A program made the position numbers and the translations under genes. A stretch of 64,000 bases of DNA from NCBI GenBank assembly GCA_963843375.1, contig CAWJKT010000007.1, positions 53,683 to 117,682 on the forward strand, in the 5' to 3' direction. The notes beneath the pieces were generated by a model that was not told the DNA's origin, did not search any database, and saw nothing but the letters and a program-made list of their open reading frames with translations. Source of the stretch: an uncultured Pseudomonadota bacterium (GTDB lineage: Bacteria > Oederibacteriota > Muellerivitia > Muellerivitales > Muellerivitaceae). Below are positions 26,987-38,147 of the stretch, in pieces. Position 1 is the stretch's first letter. The number at the start of each line of letters is the position of its first letter.

Positions 26987-28501
26987 TCACGAATTATCCA
27001 GGAAAGTTAGCAGACTTCTAACCATCAAACCAGTTCCACCATAAGAAAGGTAAGGAACCGCCGGATATTCTCTTTCAAGATAGGCCGGCCCGGCGATATC
27101 CAGATGGACCCAAGGGGTGTCACCCACAAATTCCTGTAGAAACAATCCACCGATGATACTGCCCGCTTCCCTGCCACCGCCTATATTCTTTATATCGGCA
27201 ACTTTGCTCTTAATATCATCCCGATATTCATTTACCAGCGGCAGTTCCCAAATCCGCTCTCCCTCAGCTTCGGTAGCTTCTTTTACCTGTCCCAAGAGCT
27301 TTTCATCATTACCCATGGCCCCTGAAACCAAGGATCCCAAGGCAACCACACAGGCTCCGGTTAGTGTTGCCATATCAATGATTTGATCCACCTTTTGTTG
27401 AACTGCGTATGATAGGGCATCGGAAAGAACAAGCCTTCCCTCCGCATCCGTGTTAAGGACTTCCATAGTCTTTCCATTTATTGCTTTTAGCACATCCCCT
27501 GGTTTATAGGCTCTTCCACCCGGCATGTTTTCAGTGGTGGCGATGATTCCGTGCACTTCGACCTTTGGTTTGGACTTCACCAACTGGCTGAAAACACCCA
27601 ATACCGCCGCCGCTCCCGACATGTCCATTTTCATGGTTTCCATGGAACCAGCCGGTTTTAAGGACAATCCGCCGGAATCAAAGGTGATGCCCTTCCCGAC
27701 AATGGCCACCGACTTTTTGGGCTTACCAAGAGGTTTATAATGAAGATGAATTAGAAAAGGTTCTTGGGCGCTCCCAACATTGACGCCCAAAATGCCGCCT
27801 GCGCCCATTCGCTTGAGATCTTTTTTGGTATAGAGCTTCAATTTGATGGGACCTTTTGCGATTTTTCGGGCAGCGTCCGCCAGAACCTTAGGCGTGACAT
27901 CGCTGGGGGCACCGTTGATCAAATCCCGGGCCAAAACAGTTCCCTCGGAATAACTTTCTGCCGATTTAAGGGCGATCTTAACGATACTTAAAACATCGGA
28001 AGGTACTTTAAATATAAATTTTTGGACTCCCTTGGGAGCGTCCTTCAATTGGGTCTTATAACGGGTAAATTGGTAGGAACCCAGCAGCAGCCCCACCGTA
28101 AAAGCCTTAATAAACTCATCATTTAAAGACCGGGGCCATTCGATGGCGGCTTCTTCAACACGGATTTCTCGCGCTTTTCGTCCAAGTCTGCCTCCAGCCC
28201 TCCGCATGGTTTCCGCCGTCACCTCTTGTTTACTTCCCAACCCCAGGGCAATCACTTTTCCAGCCAAGAGGCCTTCCGTAGGATGGGCGATAGCCGCTTG
28301 TCCTTCTTTCCCCGTGAAACCTTCTTCCGTCATTGTTTTGCGAATAGCCGCGCCCCACGTTCCCGGAGCGTTTAAAAAACCAGCTTCTTTCTCATAGGCT
28401 AAAAGCACCCAGACTTTAGGTAGATGGGTTCGAACGGAATTCAAAACAGCGGACAATTGGATCACAAAATCCTCCAGAACTTGATGAAGAGTACAAACCA
28501 A
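26987..28501 (-). CDS. pepA: leucyl aminopeptidase (M17)
   Basis: VGKGITFDSGG, MKMDMSGAA, NTDAEGRLVL, ATLTGA and WVHLDIAG. True start may be a GTG about 36 nt downstream. Confidence 0.95.
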   Translation of the reverse strand: MVCTLHQVLEDFVIQLSAVLNSVRTHLPKVWVLLAYEKEAGFLNAPGTWGAAIRKTMTEEGFTGKEGQAAIAHPTEGLLAGKVIALGLGSKQEVTAETMRRAGGRLGRKAREIRVEEAAIEWPRSLNDEFIKAFTVGLLLGSYQFTRYKTQLKDAPKGVQKFIFKVPSDVLSIVKIALKSAESYSEGTVLARDLINGAPSDVTPKVLADAARKIAKGPIKLKLYTKKDLKRMGAGGILGVNVGSAQEPFLIHLHYKPLGKPKKSVAIVGKGITFDSGGLSLKPAGSMETMKMDMSGAAAVLGVFSQLVKSKPKVEVHGIIATTENMPGGRAYKPGDVLKAINGKTMEVLNTDAEGRLVLSDALSYAVQQKVDQIIDMATLTGACVVALGSLVSGAMGNDEKLLGQVKEATEAEGERIWELPLVNEYRDDIKSKVADIKNIGGGREAGSIIGGLFLQEFVGDTPWVHLDIAGPAYLEREYPAVPYLSYGGTGLMVRSLLTFLDNS

Positions 28502-28556
28502 CGCTTATTTTATCCAAGGAAAGGGAAAAGATACAAGGAAACGCTTTGACAACTGG

Positions 28557-29336
28557 CTAACCGGCCAATTGATCATAAAGCTTTTGCTGGCGAAGCCTTT
28601 TCTTAATCAAACTGAGAGCCATTTCCAATTTCTCTTTATTTCCCGGAAGATAAGGCCAGGGACTTGCCCCGGAGGGATGGGGAATGGGTATAACCCAGGC
28701 GTCTCCTCCGGGCAAGAATCGTTTGAATTCTTGTCCAATAATCTCGGAAAATTTGTGGGGCCCTAAGATACGCTCAATGGCCATTCCGCCGATTAAAACC
28801 ACAACGGTGGGGCTTAACAGGCGTAATGACTCATCCAGGTAGGGGGCGCAATTGGCGATTTCTTCAGGATTTGGCTTACGGTCCCCTTTTCCATGAGAAG
28901 CTTTACCCGGGTAGCAGCGGGTTACTGCGGTAATGTAGGCGTACTTCCGGATATTTTCCTCAGGGATTCCCAACGTCATAAACCACTGGAAAAGCCGTTT
29001 GCCCGCAGTCCATGCGAAATTTTTTTGGGCCGCAGGTTCCCGGATACCCGGGGCCTGACCGATTAAAAACAATCCGCCTTTTTTCGCTTGTCCCGTTCCT
29101 GGAACAGGACAGTTGCCCCCCCTTGGAAAGCACTTGGAACAATTACGTATGGTTTGATGGAGTTGATTAAGGTTTTTCTCAAGCGATAAACTGGAGTTAC
29201 TTGGAACCCCCGTTGTCGCCGCCGTCATCTTTGTTTTTGTCGTCCTTGGCATCTCCAGCCTTATCGCTATCCGAGGTAGTATCGTCTTTCGTGGAATCGT
29301 CCTTAACCGTATAAGCCTTAGAAGCGTCAGGGTCAA
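28557..29336 (-). CDS. uracil-DNA glycosylase superfamily protein
   Basis: CSKC, IGQAPG, RCYPG..GDRKP..EIANC and IPHPSG motifs. True start is uncertain, likely near 29200. Confidence 0.8.
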   Translation of the reverse strand: MTLTLLRLIRLRTIPRKTILPRIAIRLEMPRTTKTKMTAATTGVPSNSSLSLEKNLNQLHQTIRNCSKCFPRGGNCPVPGTGQAKKGGLFLIGQAPGIREPAAQKNFAWTAGKRLFQWFMTLGIPEENIRKYAYITAVTRCYPGKASHGKGDRKPNPEEIANCAPYLDESLRLLSPTVVVLIGGMAIERILGPHKFSEIIGQEFKRFLPGGDAWVIPIPHPSGASPWPYLPGNKEKLEMALSLIKKRLRQQKLYDQLAG

Positions 29337-30306
29337 CTTCTTTCAGTTCGTCCAATGCCATTTCCATATTTTCATGGTGGTAAGATGCATCAATGGAATT
29401 CATTTTGTAAAACGAATCCACCGACTTCTTCAATTCATCTCCCTTTCCCTTGCCCGAATCATAGACTGACCAATAGCTTAAACCCAGGCTGTTAAGGAAA
29501 ACTTTCAATTCCTTGTCGCTGGGTTTATAACTCACCGCTTTTTCAAATTCAGCGACAGCTTCACCTGGATGATGGGAATCCAAAAGTAGTTTACCTTGAC
29601 GATTGGCGGCCGACCCTTTTGCGTCGGGTGAAATGGCAATTGCTTCAGCCTGCTTAAAGGCTTTCATGGCTTCGTCAAATTTGCCGTCGGATTGAAGTTT
29701 GTCTCCGTAAGAACAGAGTTCCTTAAACTTCATCTCGGAAATATCCCGCGGAGGTTCGGGAGTAACCTGGGCATAGCCCTCTTCACGGCTCAAGTCCCCA
29801 TTTGCCCGGTCTAAAAGTTCCTGGTCATCGCCACTGGCTTGGAGATTTTTGATCGAATCTTTCAGAGCCGACACATCGGATAAACCATATTCATACATAC
29901 GGTAGGAAACAACCCCAAGATTCTTAAGCGCTACTTTATTATCCCCGTTTTCTTCAACGGCACGGCTAAAAGCCTTTTGAGCATCTTCCAACTTTTTGGC
30001 TTTCCAATAGGCCCAACCCTGGGCATTGGCGGCTTGGCTCTTCCCTTTGTCGCTGGAGGCTAGATTTTCCGCTGCCCCATAGTCGGAGACGGCCTCACTC
30101 AGTTTACGATCTTTTAAAGCCTGATTCCCGGCCGCATAGGCCTCTTTGAATGATTTGAAATCCATAGAAACCCCCGAATCCGTGGAAGAAGGGGTGGTCG
30201 AATTTGAATCTAAAGAGGGGCTTGTCGTTGGAGTTATTTCTTGAGCCGAAGCGAAAACCGGCAAACTGATAACAGCCAAGAAAAAAACGAATGCGTATTT
30301 ATTCAT
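29197..30306 (-). CDS. exported tetratricopeptide-repeat protein
   Basis: Signal peptide ending ASA, repeated TPR-like units (AANAQGWAY, ALKNLG, FLNSLG), acidic tail. Confidence 0.75.
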   Translation of the reverse strand: MNKYAFVFFLAVISLPVFASAQEITPTTSPSLDSNSTTPSSTDSGVSMDFKSFKEAYAAGNQALKDRKLSEAVSDYGAAENLASSDKGKSQAANAQGWAYWKAKKLEDAQKAFSRAVEENGDNKVALKNLGVVSYRMYEYGLSDVSALKDSIKNLQASGDDQELLDRANGDLSREEGYAQVTPEPPRDISEMKFKELCSYGDKLQSDGKFDEAMKAFKQAEAIAISPDAKGSAANRQGKLLLDSHHPGEAVAEFEKAVSYKPSDKELKVFLNSLGLSYWSVYDSGKGKGDELKKSVDSFYKMNSIDASYHHENMEMALDELKEVDPDASKAYTVKDDSTKDDTTSDSDKAGDAKDDKNKDDGGDNGGSK

Positions 30307-30487
30307 GCTTGCCCCCTTGGGAAAGGATCCTAATCATGCAGATATTTTACTTCGCCGATGAGATGTCGCCTAACAAATCTCAACAAATCTTCTTTATGCT
30401 CCCAGCGAGAAATTTCCTTTGTTTTATTCGATAAAATGTATTATTTTCTGTCCCAACTTCTGATTTACCGCCAAAAAAGGAAGGTCG

Positions 30488-31522
30488 ATGTTAAACAAGA
30501 AATTAATGTGGTTTGGCTTGGGTGTAATGGCGGTGATGTTCTTCCTGCTATTGAGAAATATCGATTGGCGGGATCTTTGGTTGGCTTTCGCCCAATTTCA
30601 TATTGTCTGGATCCTTCCCGCCCTCTTGGTTTACTTGTTGGGTTACATTATCCGCGGATACCGCTGGAAAATTTTACTTTCCCCCGTTAAAAAATGCAGT
30701 TTTCAAAGTCTCTTTCCCACTTTGATGATCGGATTCATGGCTAATAATCTTTTGCCGGCCAGAGCCGGGGAATTTGTCAGGGCTTATTTGAATGGAACCA
30801 AAGAAAATATCAGCCGAAGCGCTTCCCTCGCCACCATCGTTTTGGAACGAATCTTTGATGGTCTGACCATGATGATCATCCTGTGGGCGGCCTTGTCTTT
30901 CGGCAACCTTCCCATTCGGGAAGAAAGCATGCCATCTGGAATCCAACATGCGATTCAAGCCTGCCCTTATGTTTTCGGGGCCGCTTTTTTATTTATATTC
31001 CTTCTTCTTTTGTTCAAAAAAGTTGCCGTTCGTATTATCAATTTTTTCACAGACCACGCTCCTTCCAAATTAAGGACACCCTTGAACAAAATCGCTCATA
31101 CTTTTTTTGACGGGCTCAAAATTCTTCAAAACGCCAAAGAATCCTTTCTGGTGCTCGCCACTTCAATCGCGGCTTGGACTTGTGAGTTTTCAAGTTATTA
31201 TCTTTTGGGTATCGGCATGGGTATCGCGCCTAGTCCCATTTCTTTTTTATCCGCGGCTTTACTGATGGCGATTGTTAATCTGGCGATTCTTATACCGAAC
31301 GCCCCCGGGGGGTTCGGCTTGTTTGAATTCGTTGGGGTGGCTTTACTTGTTCCTTTTGGAATAGCCAAGGAATTGGCTCTGGGATACATGCTTGTGGTAC
31401 ATTTCGTTGTTTGGATTCCTATAAACTTATTTGGCCTTTATTTCATGAGCCGGGAACATTTAAGCCTTGGAAAACTGGAAAAAAGCCGTGAAACAGGCTC
31501 GCCGAAGGGAAAAGAATCATGA
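30488..31522 (+). CDS. lysylphosphatidylglycerol synthase TM / flippase-like domain protein
   Basis: RGYRWKILL, GFMANNLLPARAGEFVR, ERIFD and PNAPGGFGLFE motifs. Confidence 0.88.
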   Translation: MLNKKLMWFGLGVMAVMFFLLLRNIDWRDLWLAFAQFHIVWILPALLVYLLGYIIRGYRWKILLSPVKKCSFQSLFPTLMIGFMANNLLPARAGEFVRAYLNGTKENISRSASLATIVLERIFDGLTMMIILWAALSFGNLPIREESMPSGIQHAIQACPYVFGAAFLFIFLLLLFKKVAVRIINFFTDHAPSKLRTPLNKIAHTFFDGLKILQNAKESFLVLATSIAAWTCEFSSYYLLGIGMGIAPSPISFLSAALLMAIVNLAILIPNAPGGFGLFEFVGVALLVPFGIAKELALGYMLVVHFVVWIPINLFGLYFMSREHLSLGKLEKSRETGSPKGKES

Positions 31523-32841
31523 AAATCGGTATTGTCGGAGCTGGTGTAGCGGGTCTGACCGCCGCTTACCGTTTGGCCAAACAAGGACATGAAATCGAGA
31601 TATTCGAGGCATCTGACCACGTGGGAGGCCTGGCAGCCGGGTTCTCCGTTGCAGGAACCACCCTTGAAAAATATTATCACCATCTTTTCACAAGCGATGT
31701 TTGTATCCGCGGCTTGGTGGACGAACTAGGAATGCGGGATAAACTGCATTGGTTCACGAGTTCGATGGCCGTTTATCACAAAGGCGCCATGTATTCTCTT
31801 GCGTCACCCAAAGACCTTCTTGGTTTTAAACCTCTGCCTTTTTTGGAACGAATTTGGTTCGGTTTCCAATCAGTTTTTTACTTGGGGAAAGTGAAAGATT
31901 GGAAAAAATTCGAATCAATTACCGCTCACGATTGGATGAAAAAATATTCGGGGCCGAATATTTGGAAAGTTATGTGGGAACCTCTTTTGAAAGGAAAATT
32001 CGGTCAATATTACGATAAAGTCGCTATGGCTTGGCTCTGGGCCCGCATTCATACTCGTGCGTCGTCCCGGAAAGGCTCAAAGGAAACTCTTGGATATTTC
32101 CAAGGAGGTTTCGAAGCTTTTCACAAATCTCTCGCCGATGCCGATCAAAAAGCCGGGGTCAAAATACATTTAAATACAGCTATTAACCAAATCTTGATTC
32201 AAGAAGGAAAACTCAAAGGCCTCGAAGTTCAAGGCCAAGAAAAAACTTATGACCGACTCATTTTTGCAGCAGCCACGCCTATATTTCTTAAAATTTGTCC
32301 CCAATTACCGGAAGCCTATAAAAAACAAATGACTCAACTGGAGTTTATGGGAGCACAATGCCTCGTCTTGGTGATGAAACAAAAATTCAGCGATCACTAT
32401 TGGACGAACATCTGCGATTCGGATATTCCTATTTTGGGATTATTTGAACATACCAATTTCGCGCCTTCCGACTGGTACCAAGGAAAGCACATTATGTACG
32501 TCGGCAACTATCTACCCAGGGACCACCGGTATTTCAAAATGAATAAAGAGGAAATTTTCGCCGATTTGCTGCCTTACTTAAAAAAAATAAATCCTCAATT
32601 TGATGCATCCTGGCTGGAAGAATTTTATTTATTCCAAGATCTTTACGCTCAACCTGTTATTCCTCTTCACTACAGCGAAGTAAAACCAGGATACGAAACC
32701 CCCATTGAGAATGTTTATTTGGCTAATATGGCCTTGGTTTATCCCGAAGATCGGGGTACCAATTTCGCAGTGGACGTGGGCAACAAGGTGGCCAGGCTTG
32801 TTGACGCTAAAGTAGATATCCCCCTTTTTAAGGAATCCTAG
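31519..32841 (+). CDS. FAD-dependent amine-oxidase-family oxidoreductase
   Basis: GAGVAGLTAA Rossmann fold, VGGLA, LEKYYHH, EPLLKGKFG, AQPV and YPEDRG. Confidence 0.85.
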   Translation: MKIGIVGAGVAGLTAAYRLAKQGHEIEIFEASDHVGGLAAGFSVAGTTLEKYYHHLFTSDVCIRGLVDELGMRDKLHWFTSSMAVYHKGAMYSLASPKDLLGFKPLPFLERIWFGFQSVFYLGKVKDWKKFESITAHDWMKKYSGPNIWKVMWEPLLKGKFGQYYDKVAMAWLWARIHTRASSRKGSKETLGYFQGGFEAFHKSLADADQKAGVKIHLNTAINQILIQEGKLKGLEVQGQEKTYDRLIFAAATPIFLKICPQLPEAYKKQMTQLEFMGAQCLVLVMKQKFSDHYWTNICDSDIPILGLFEHTNFAPSDWYQGKHIMYVGNYLPRDHRYFKMNKEEIFADLLPYLKKINPQFDASWLEEFYLFQDLYAQPVIPLHYSEVKPGYETPIENVYLANMALVYPEDRGTNFAVDVGNKVARLVDAKVDIPLFKES

Positions 32842-32909
32842 TTTTTTGTACAACAGACTTACCCCGCCTGTGGTAACATTTTCCCGCTGAAAATTCACAA
32901 GGAGCATCT

Positions 32910-33617
32910 ATGCCCAAAGTTCCTTCCCTTTCCGTCTTTTTTCCCGAATATAACGAAGAAGCTAATGTTGAAAACATGATCCGCCAAGCCCAGAGGATCC
33001 TTCCCGAAGTAGCTGAAAAGTGGGAAATCATCCCGGTCAACGATGGAAGCAAGGACAAAACGGGCGAAATTATTGACCGTTTGTCCAAGGAAGACCCCAA
33101 CATTCACCCTGTACACCACGAGAAGAACAAAGGATATGGCGGGGCTGTCATTTCAGGATATAACGCCTCGAAATACGATCTAGTTTTTTTCACCGACGGG
33201 GACTTACAGTTTGACCTGCGAGAAATAACCCTTCTCATTGAAAAACTGGACGAGGGCGATCTTATCTTAGGTTATCGCAAAAATAGGCGCGATCCATGGA
33301 ACCGCAAATTAAACGCATTCATGTGGGGATCGTTCGTAAAATTACTTTTCGGATTTCAAGTTCGAGATGTGGACTGTGCCTTCAAGCTGATCAAGCGAAA
33401 GGTAATTGACAAAGTGCAATTGTCCGCTGGCGGAGCAATGGTCTCCACCGAGTTGTTGGCCCGGTCAAGCAAAGCCGGTTTCCGATTCGCGGAAGTAGGC
33501 GTTACCCACCTGCCACGGGTGGCCGGAACCCAAACAGGGGCAAAACTTTCGGTAATCCTTCGTGCTTTCGTCGAACTGTTCAAACTTTACGGCAAAATTA
33601 AAAATCAGCCCAAATAA
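32910..33617 (+). CDS. polyprenol-phosphate glycosyltransferase (DPM1-like GT2)
   Basis: YNEEAN, VNDGSKDKT, NKGYGGA, TDGDLQFD and DVDCAFKL motifs. Confidence 0.9.
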   Translation: MPKVPSLSVFFPEYNEEANVENMIRQAQRILPEVAEKWEIIPVNDGSKDKTGEIIDRLSKEDPNIHPVHHEKNKGYGGAVISGYNASKYDLVFFTDGDLQFDLREITLLIEKLDEGDLILGYRKNRRDPWNRKLNAFMWGSFVKLLFGFQVRDVDCAFKLIKRKVIDKVQLSAGGAMVSTELLARSSKAGFRFAEVGVTHLPRVAGTQTGAKLSVILRAFVELFKLYGKIKNQPK

Positions 33618-33648
33618 CGTTCTGGTTTTTAACCAAAAATATTTATTT

Positions 33649-34593
33649 CTAGCTTTGTTTTTGGAGGAAATTAATATGGGTTTGGGCATTTTGAATTAAG
33701 TCTGAATCACTGGTGTATTGCATCACCTTCTGCCAAGTGTCCAAGGCCTCTTGCTTTTTTCCAAGCTTCTCATATGTCACGGCCATGTCGTCATAAATCT
33801 CCGGGTCACTGGGGCGAATCTCGGCGGCTTTTTGAAAAGCCATCAGGGCGTCATTTGGCTGGTTTTTATCCAAATACACGCTTCCCAAGTCATATTGGTA
33901 ATCGGCATTTTGATTGTCCAAAGCGACAGCCTTTTGGAACAAATCCAAAGCATCGTCATAATTCCCTGCGTGATAGTACCTCATACCCAAGTTGTTGATA
34001 ACCTCGGCATTTGTCGGATCAAAGTGAAGCGACATTTCATACATTCTTACGGAAGCATCGTTCATGTCAAAACGTCCATAGAGATATCCAAGGGCAAAAT
34101 AAGCCTTGGCATAGGTAGGATCGATTTCCAAGGCTTTTTTCAGATAGGCAAAAGATTGTTGATACTGTTGGTTGTCATAGAGTTGCTTGCTTTTTTTGTA
34201 GAAGGTGTCGGGAGAGCCAAGTTCAACGGGAGGATTTTCAGCCACAGGAGCCGTAACCGTTTTAACCGCATGTGCCCTGGGATGACTTGGTTTCGAAACC
34301 AAAATAGGTTCCTTAACTAATTTAGGTTCCTCGGTTTCGGTGAGATGGCCGGTCCAGTGGGTAAATTCACCCCAAAAACCCCCGCAAACCAATAAAATTA
34401 TGAATAAGAGCCAAAGAATTTCGATCAAATCTTTGCCCAAATCTTTTAATCCGCCGACCTTCTTATTGTCGTTACCTTCGGCTTGCTTGGCTTTTGCCGC
34501 TCCCACGGCGACTTTGGGGAGTTCCGTGCCGCATTTAACACAGATTTTAGTTCCGTCGGGATTCTCGGCGTGGCAAGCTGGACAAACAATCAT
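33649..34593 (-). CDS. zinc-ribbon, TM and TPR domain protein
   Basis: CPAC...CVKCG zinc ribbon, one TM helix, about five TPRs. Confidence 0.85.
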   Translation of the reverse strand: MIVCPACHAENPDGTKICVKCGTELPKVAVGAAKAKQAEGNDNKKVGGLKDLGKDLIEILWLLFIILLVCGGFWGEFTHWTGHLTETEEPKLVKEPILVSKPSHPRAHAVKTVTAPVAENPPVELGSPDTFYKKSKQLYDNQQYQQSFAYLKKALEIDPTYAKAYFALGYLYGRFDMNDASVRMYEMSLHFDPTNAEVINNLGMRYYHAGNYDDALDLFQKAVALDNQNADYQYDLGSVYLDKNQPNDALMAFQKAAEIRPSDPEIYDDMAVTYEKLGKKQEALDTWQKVMQYTSDSDLIQNAQTHINFLQKQS

Positions 34594-34903
34594 TGAAGAC
34601 CTCGAGAAAGTAATTAATTATCAGGCGTCAAAAGCCGCCTTTTTTATTTCAAATCCTTCGACTAAAACCGTTACCAAATTACTTTCAAATGTCACAAAAA
34701 CCATGATACTTTAACCCGCCTCAGTAAAACCTGTCAACTTTTAGGTGGGAAACATCTTTCTCTGGCTTCTAGCCAAATTTTCCGAAAGATGGATCGAACT
34801 CCTTGAGGTTTACCGATCATTCACTGCAAAAATATGGATGGTCGCCTATTTCAAACGCATATCGGCAAGCGATACTCTAAACCCAGTTAAAAACTTATAT
34901 TTG

Positions 34904-36103
34904 TTATTTGGTAATGTCAGCTTTTCTATCTAACATCGTCTTCATCCGTTGAGATAACTTTTGAAGCTGGCCCAAACTCTCTTCAACTAATTCAAATTTT
35001 TCTTTTACCTGATCCCCCGCCAAGTAAACTTTGTTGATTAATTGAAGCAGAAGCTCGTTGTCATTTCGCTGGTCATCCAAGGCTTGGGATATTTCGCCAA
35101 GTAATCCACCGGCCTTGCGAACCGATTTGACAATATTCATAAATACATCCCCGGCGCTATAAACCACGTTCACATTCTCTTCAATTTTGCCGGTTGTACT
35201 AATAAGGGAAATGGCGCTTGCGGTTTTAGCCCGAATGTCATCCACCAGATGTTTTACATCCCCTGAGGCTTTAGCCGAAGCTTCAGCGAGAGTTTTGATC
35301 TCACTTGCAACCACAGCAAAACCTTGGCCATGTTCTCCAGCCCTTGCCGCTTCAATTCCGGCATTTAAGGCCAATAAGTTGGTTTTACGGGCGATCGTGG
35401 TGATCGTCGCCAAAAAGTCGCCAATCTGTTCCGAAGCTAAATTCAATTGTTGAATAACTTCTGCCGAAGATCCAATAGTGGCTTTGATTTCGGTCATAGC
35501 TTTTATTTCTTTACCTACCGACTTAATTCCGTCGGTCGCCGATCGGGCGGCTTCATCCGTGTCCGCTGCAACCTTTTTACTGTCATTCACAATAAGCTCG
35601 TTCAATTGGAGCAAAGACTTGTTGATGCGGCCGGCTTTTTCAATATTGGATGACCAGTCGCGAAGAACATCGTGAAAAGCGTGAAAGACTCTTCCCATCT
35701 TATCTTGTTCTTGGACCAAATTTTCCAATTCACCCGAAAACTCTGGCCAAGCAAAATCCATTGGTTTCGAATCAGAGACCGCCTGGATTTCCTTAAGGGG
35801 AATTTTCTCCAATGAATTTTTCAACGCAACTTCTAACGGCTCATCAGCGCGTTCACTCAGGGAAAGAATTTCTTTTGCGGAATCAGGAAGTGAAGAATCT
35901 AGTGAAAGCTGACGCAGATGCTCGATCTGGCGATGACGGGACAACTTGAGAAAAACATACCCAAAAATGCAGACAATAAAACCATCCGCCACAAAGGCCC
36001 AAGGTCGGCCCAATAAAACAAAAGCTAAACCAATAACACCGCCAGATAGAAATAACGAAAACCAATAGAAAAAAAGGGAGCCGCTGATTTTGATGTTTAT
36101 CAA
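34904..36103 (-). CDS. methyl-accepting chemotaxis protein
   Basis: [37 protein letters not shown] signalling hairpin and two N-terminal TM helices. Confidence 0.9.
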   Translation of the reverse strand: MINIKISGSLFFYWFSLFLSGGVIGLAFVLLGRPWAFVADGFIVCIFGYVFLKLSRHRQIEHLRQLSLDSSLPDSAKEILSLSERADEPLEVALKNSLEKIPLKEIQAVSDSKPMDFAWPEFSGELENLVQEQDKMGRVFHAFHDVLRDWSSNIEKAGRINKSLLQLNELIVNDSKKVAADTDEAARSATDGIKSVGKEIKAMTEIKATIGSSAEVIQQLNLASEQIGDFLATITTIARKTNLLALNAGIEAARAGEHGQGFAVVASEIKTLAEASAKASGDVKHLVDDIRAKTASAISLISTTGKIEENVNVVYSAGDVFMNIVKSVRKAGGLLGEISQALDDQRNDNELLLQLINKVYLAGDQVKEKFELVEESLGQLQKLSQRMKTMLDRKADITK

Positions 36104-36107
36104 ATGG

Positions 36108-36479
36108 TCATTTACCGTCGGAATTCTTAACTAAATAATTTTTCAAGAACTCAACGTCGTCTTCTTTCATGGCTAAAAAGTGAAGTCCACCCCCGGTTTC
36201 ATTAGCCCAAACGACTTCGGCAAAAGCCGAGATAAGAGTGGATTTTTCGGGCAAGGAAATGTCGAGTCGTAAAATACTGCCGACATTCAAAATTTGTTCC
36301 GCCACAATGTAAAGTCCGCCCAGACTTACATCCATGGTCTTGGTGGTTTGTTCTTTCTTCTTACGCTCAAATACCGTTTCCAATTCTTTTTGGTCCTCAA
36401 TAATTCGGTACTTAACAGGAATTTTAATCGAAATTCGCGGATGGATTCGCTTTTCCATAAACATATTGGCTTCTGGCAT
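36108..36479 (-). CDS. PilZ domain protein
   Basis: RxxxR (KRIHPR) and DxSxxG (DVSLGG) c-di-GMP-binding motifs. Confidence 0.9.
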   Translation of the reverse strand: MPEANMFMEKRIHPRISIKIPVKYRIIEDQKELETVFERKKKEQTTKTMDVSLGGLYIVAEQILNVGSILRLDISLPEKSTLISAFAEVVWANETGGGLHFLAMKEDDVEFLKNYLVKNSDGK

Positions 36480-36510
36480 TGACTACTCCTTACACTAAAA
36501 TCAAATTGGT

Positions 36511-37582
36511 CTAAATATTAACGACAATGAAAAAATCCACCCGATCCGCGGGACGGTTAGAGGGAAGACCAAACTCTTCCGGTAAATATGATACAGATCC
36601 ATCAACAGAAAAATCCTTATCCACCTTCACAACAAGGCCCACCTTTGAGAAAAAAAGCAGGCTCGTCGTTTGAATTGTTTGGCCGATACTGTTTAGATAC
36701 TGACCATATGTCATGACTTGATGGTTAAATTCCATCAAACCGCTCGACCGTAAACTTAAATCATAATATAAATCGACAAAACGCTCACCTCGGTGAAATG
36801 CGAGATATTCGATGCGTCCTTCAGCCTCCACATTGTCGGGCCATTGAAAGACACCCGCCCCCAAAACCGAGGACGAATCCAACAAAATGGGTTGAGTTTT
36901 TTCATAGTGTATACTTTGAAAAAAGGAAAATCCACCCACTTCTTGGGCCATGACCATCCCAATGGCTTCTTCCGGAGCCCCTTTTCCGGTTGAAAGAAGT
37001 GGAAAAGCAAGATCAAAAGGATTGGTTCCAGTGGCAAATCGATATCGGCCATCCACACCTATAAAGTTGCCCTTTTTCTTTCGTCCCGACTATTAAAAAA
37101 GTGGCACCTATTTCCACATCGCCAAGTTTGGCCACATTGTGGGTATTTCCGCTGGGATCAACAAGCGCATTTGCCTCAAAAGGAATGGTCGTCCGCAACT
37201 GTAAATCATCCGAAACCCAACCTTTTGTTTGGACCCCGTATTCGATACTTCTCATGGAATAGACGATTGGATTAGGTGAAGAGAGTTGCTGAACACCGTT
37301 GAAAAATATATCCGGAACCCCGGTATTCACCCAATAAAAACTTGGCCGTTCTTCCCGAAACGTCGTGATTGAAAAAGCATCCCTAGAAAAATCAAAAACG
37401 GGATAAGGATCCAACTCCAAGGCTCTTATTTCAGACGGAAGGAGAGAAAAGAACAAAATGACGGCCATCAAAAACCAAATGAATTTTCGTTGGGTCGAAA
37501 AAAAGGACCAACAATCTTTTTTCATTTCAAAAACGCTAGAACATATAAGCGAGGTTGGCATTCGGGCGGGGTTCGATCCCAA
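36511..37582 (-). CDS. hypothetical exported, possibly outer-membrane beta-barrel, protein split by one frameshift
   Basis: ORFs 37013-37582 and 36511-37056 join across an A-run near 37075. Signal peptide, LGDVEIGATF and alternating beta-strand patterns. Confidence 0.55.
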
Positions 37583-38132
37583 AATGAAAAGTTAGATAAT
37601 TTTTTTTATTGTAATTTATGGCGGTATTGGAGGCGTCCTGAATTCCGAACCCATAAACCGCAAGTGTCGCTAACCCAAACAAATTACCCGCCGTTTCATT
37701 CTTGGTATCTCCCAAACCATCAACCAATTGAAGATTATCCAAGGTTTGCCAAAGGCCGATTCCAAAAAGAGAGGCAAAGACAATTCCTTTAATCGGATCC
37801 CCTGCATAAACCTGGCCGGCGCCGGGTAGAAAAACTGAAAATAGAGCGGCTTCGGTTGGACTTTTAGGTGAAAGTCCCGGAAGAGGCGTCGGGGTTGGGG
37901 TTGGAATTTGAACCATTGGAGCCACAACAGGGGTAGCGGTTGGTTTCACAATGTCCGTGGTGTTTCCCCATTCTTGGATTTGGGGCGGAGGTAACGGCGT
38001 GGGGGTTGCATTTTCGACATTCCAAAAGTTGGGAGCAGACTCGAGATTGGAGAACACCCCAAATGCTGCTAAGGTCAAAAGGACTTTAAATTTCATAGAC
38101 ACTAAGGTATCTCTCCCAAATGGGGCTGTCAA
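37536..38132 (-). CDS. hypothetical exported/membrane protein, DUF5683-like
   Basis: KSPTEAALFSVFLPGAGQVYAG motif after a Pro/Thr linker. Likely start MKFK about 36 nt downstream. Confidence 0.65.
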   Translation of the reverse strand: MTAPFGRDTLVSMKFKVLLTLAAFGVFSNLESAPNFWNVENATPTPLPPPQIQEWGNTTDIVKPTATPVVAPMVQIPTPTPTPLPGLSPKSPTEAALFSVFLPGAGQVYAGDPIKGIVFASLFGIGLWQTLDNLQLVDGLGDTKNETAGNLFGLATLAVYGFGIQDASNTAINYNKKNYLTFHFGIEPRPNANLAYMF

Positions 38133-38147
38133 GAAAACTGCTCGATT

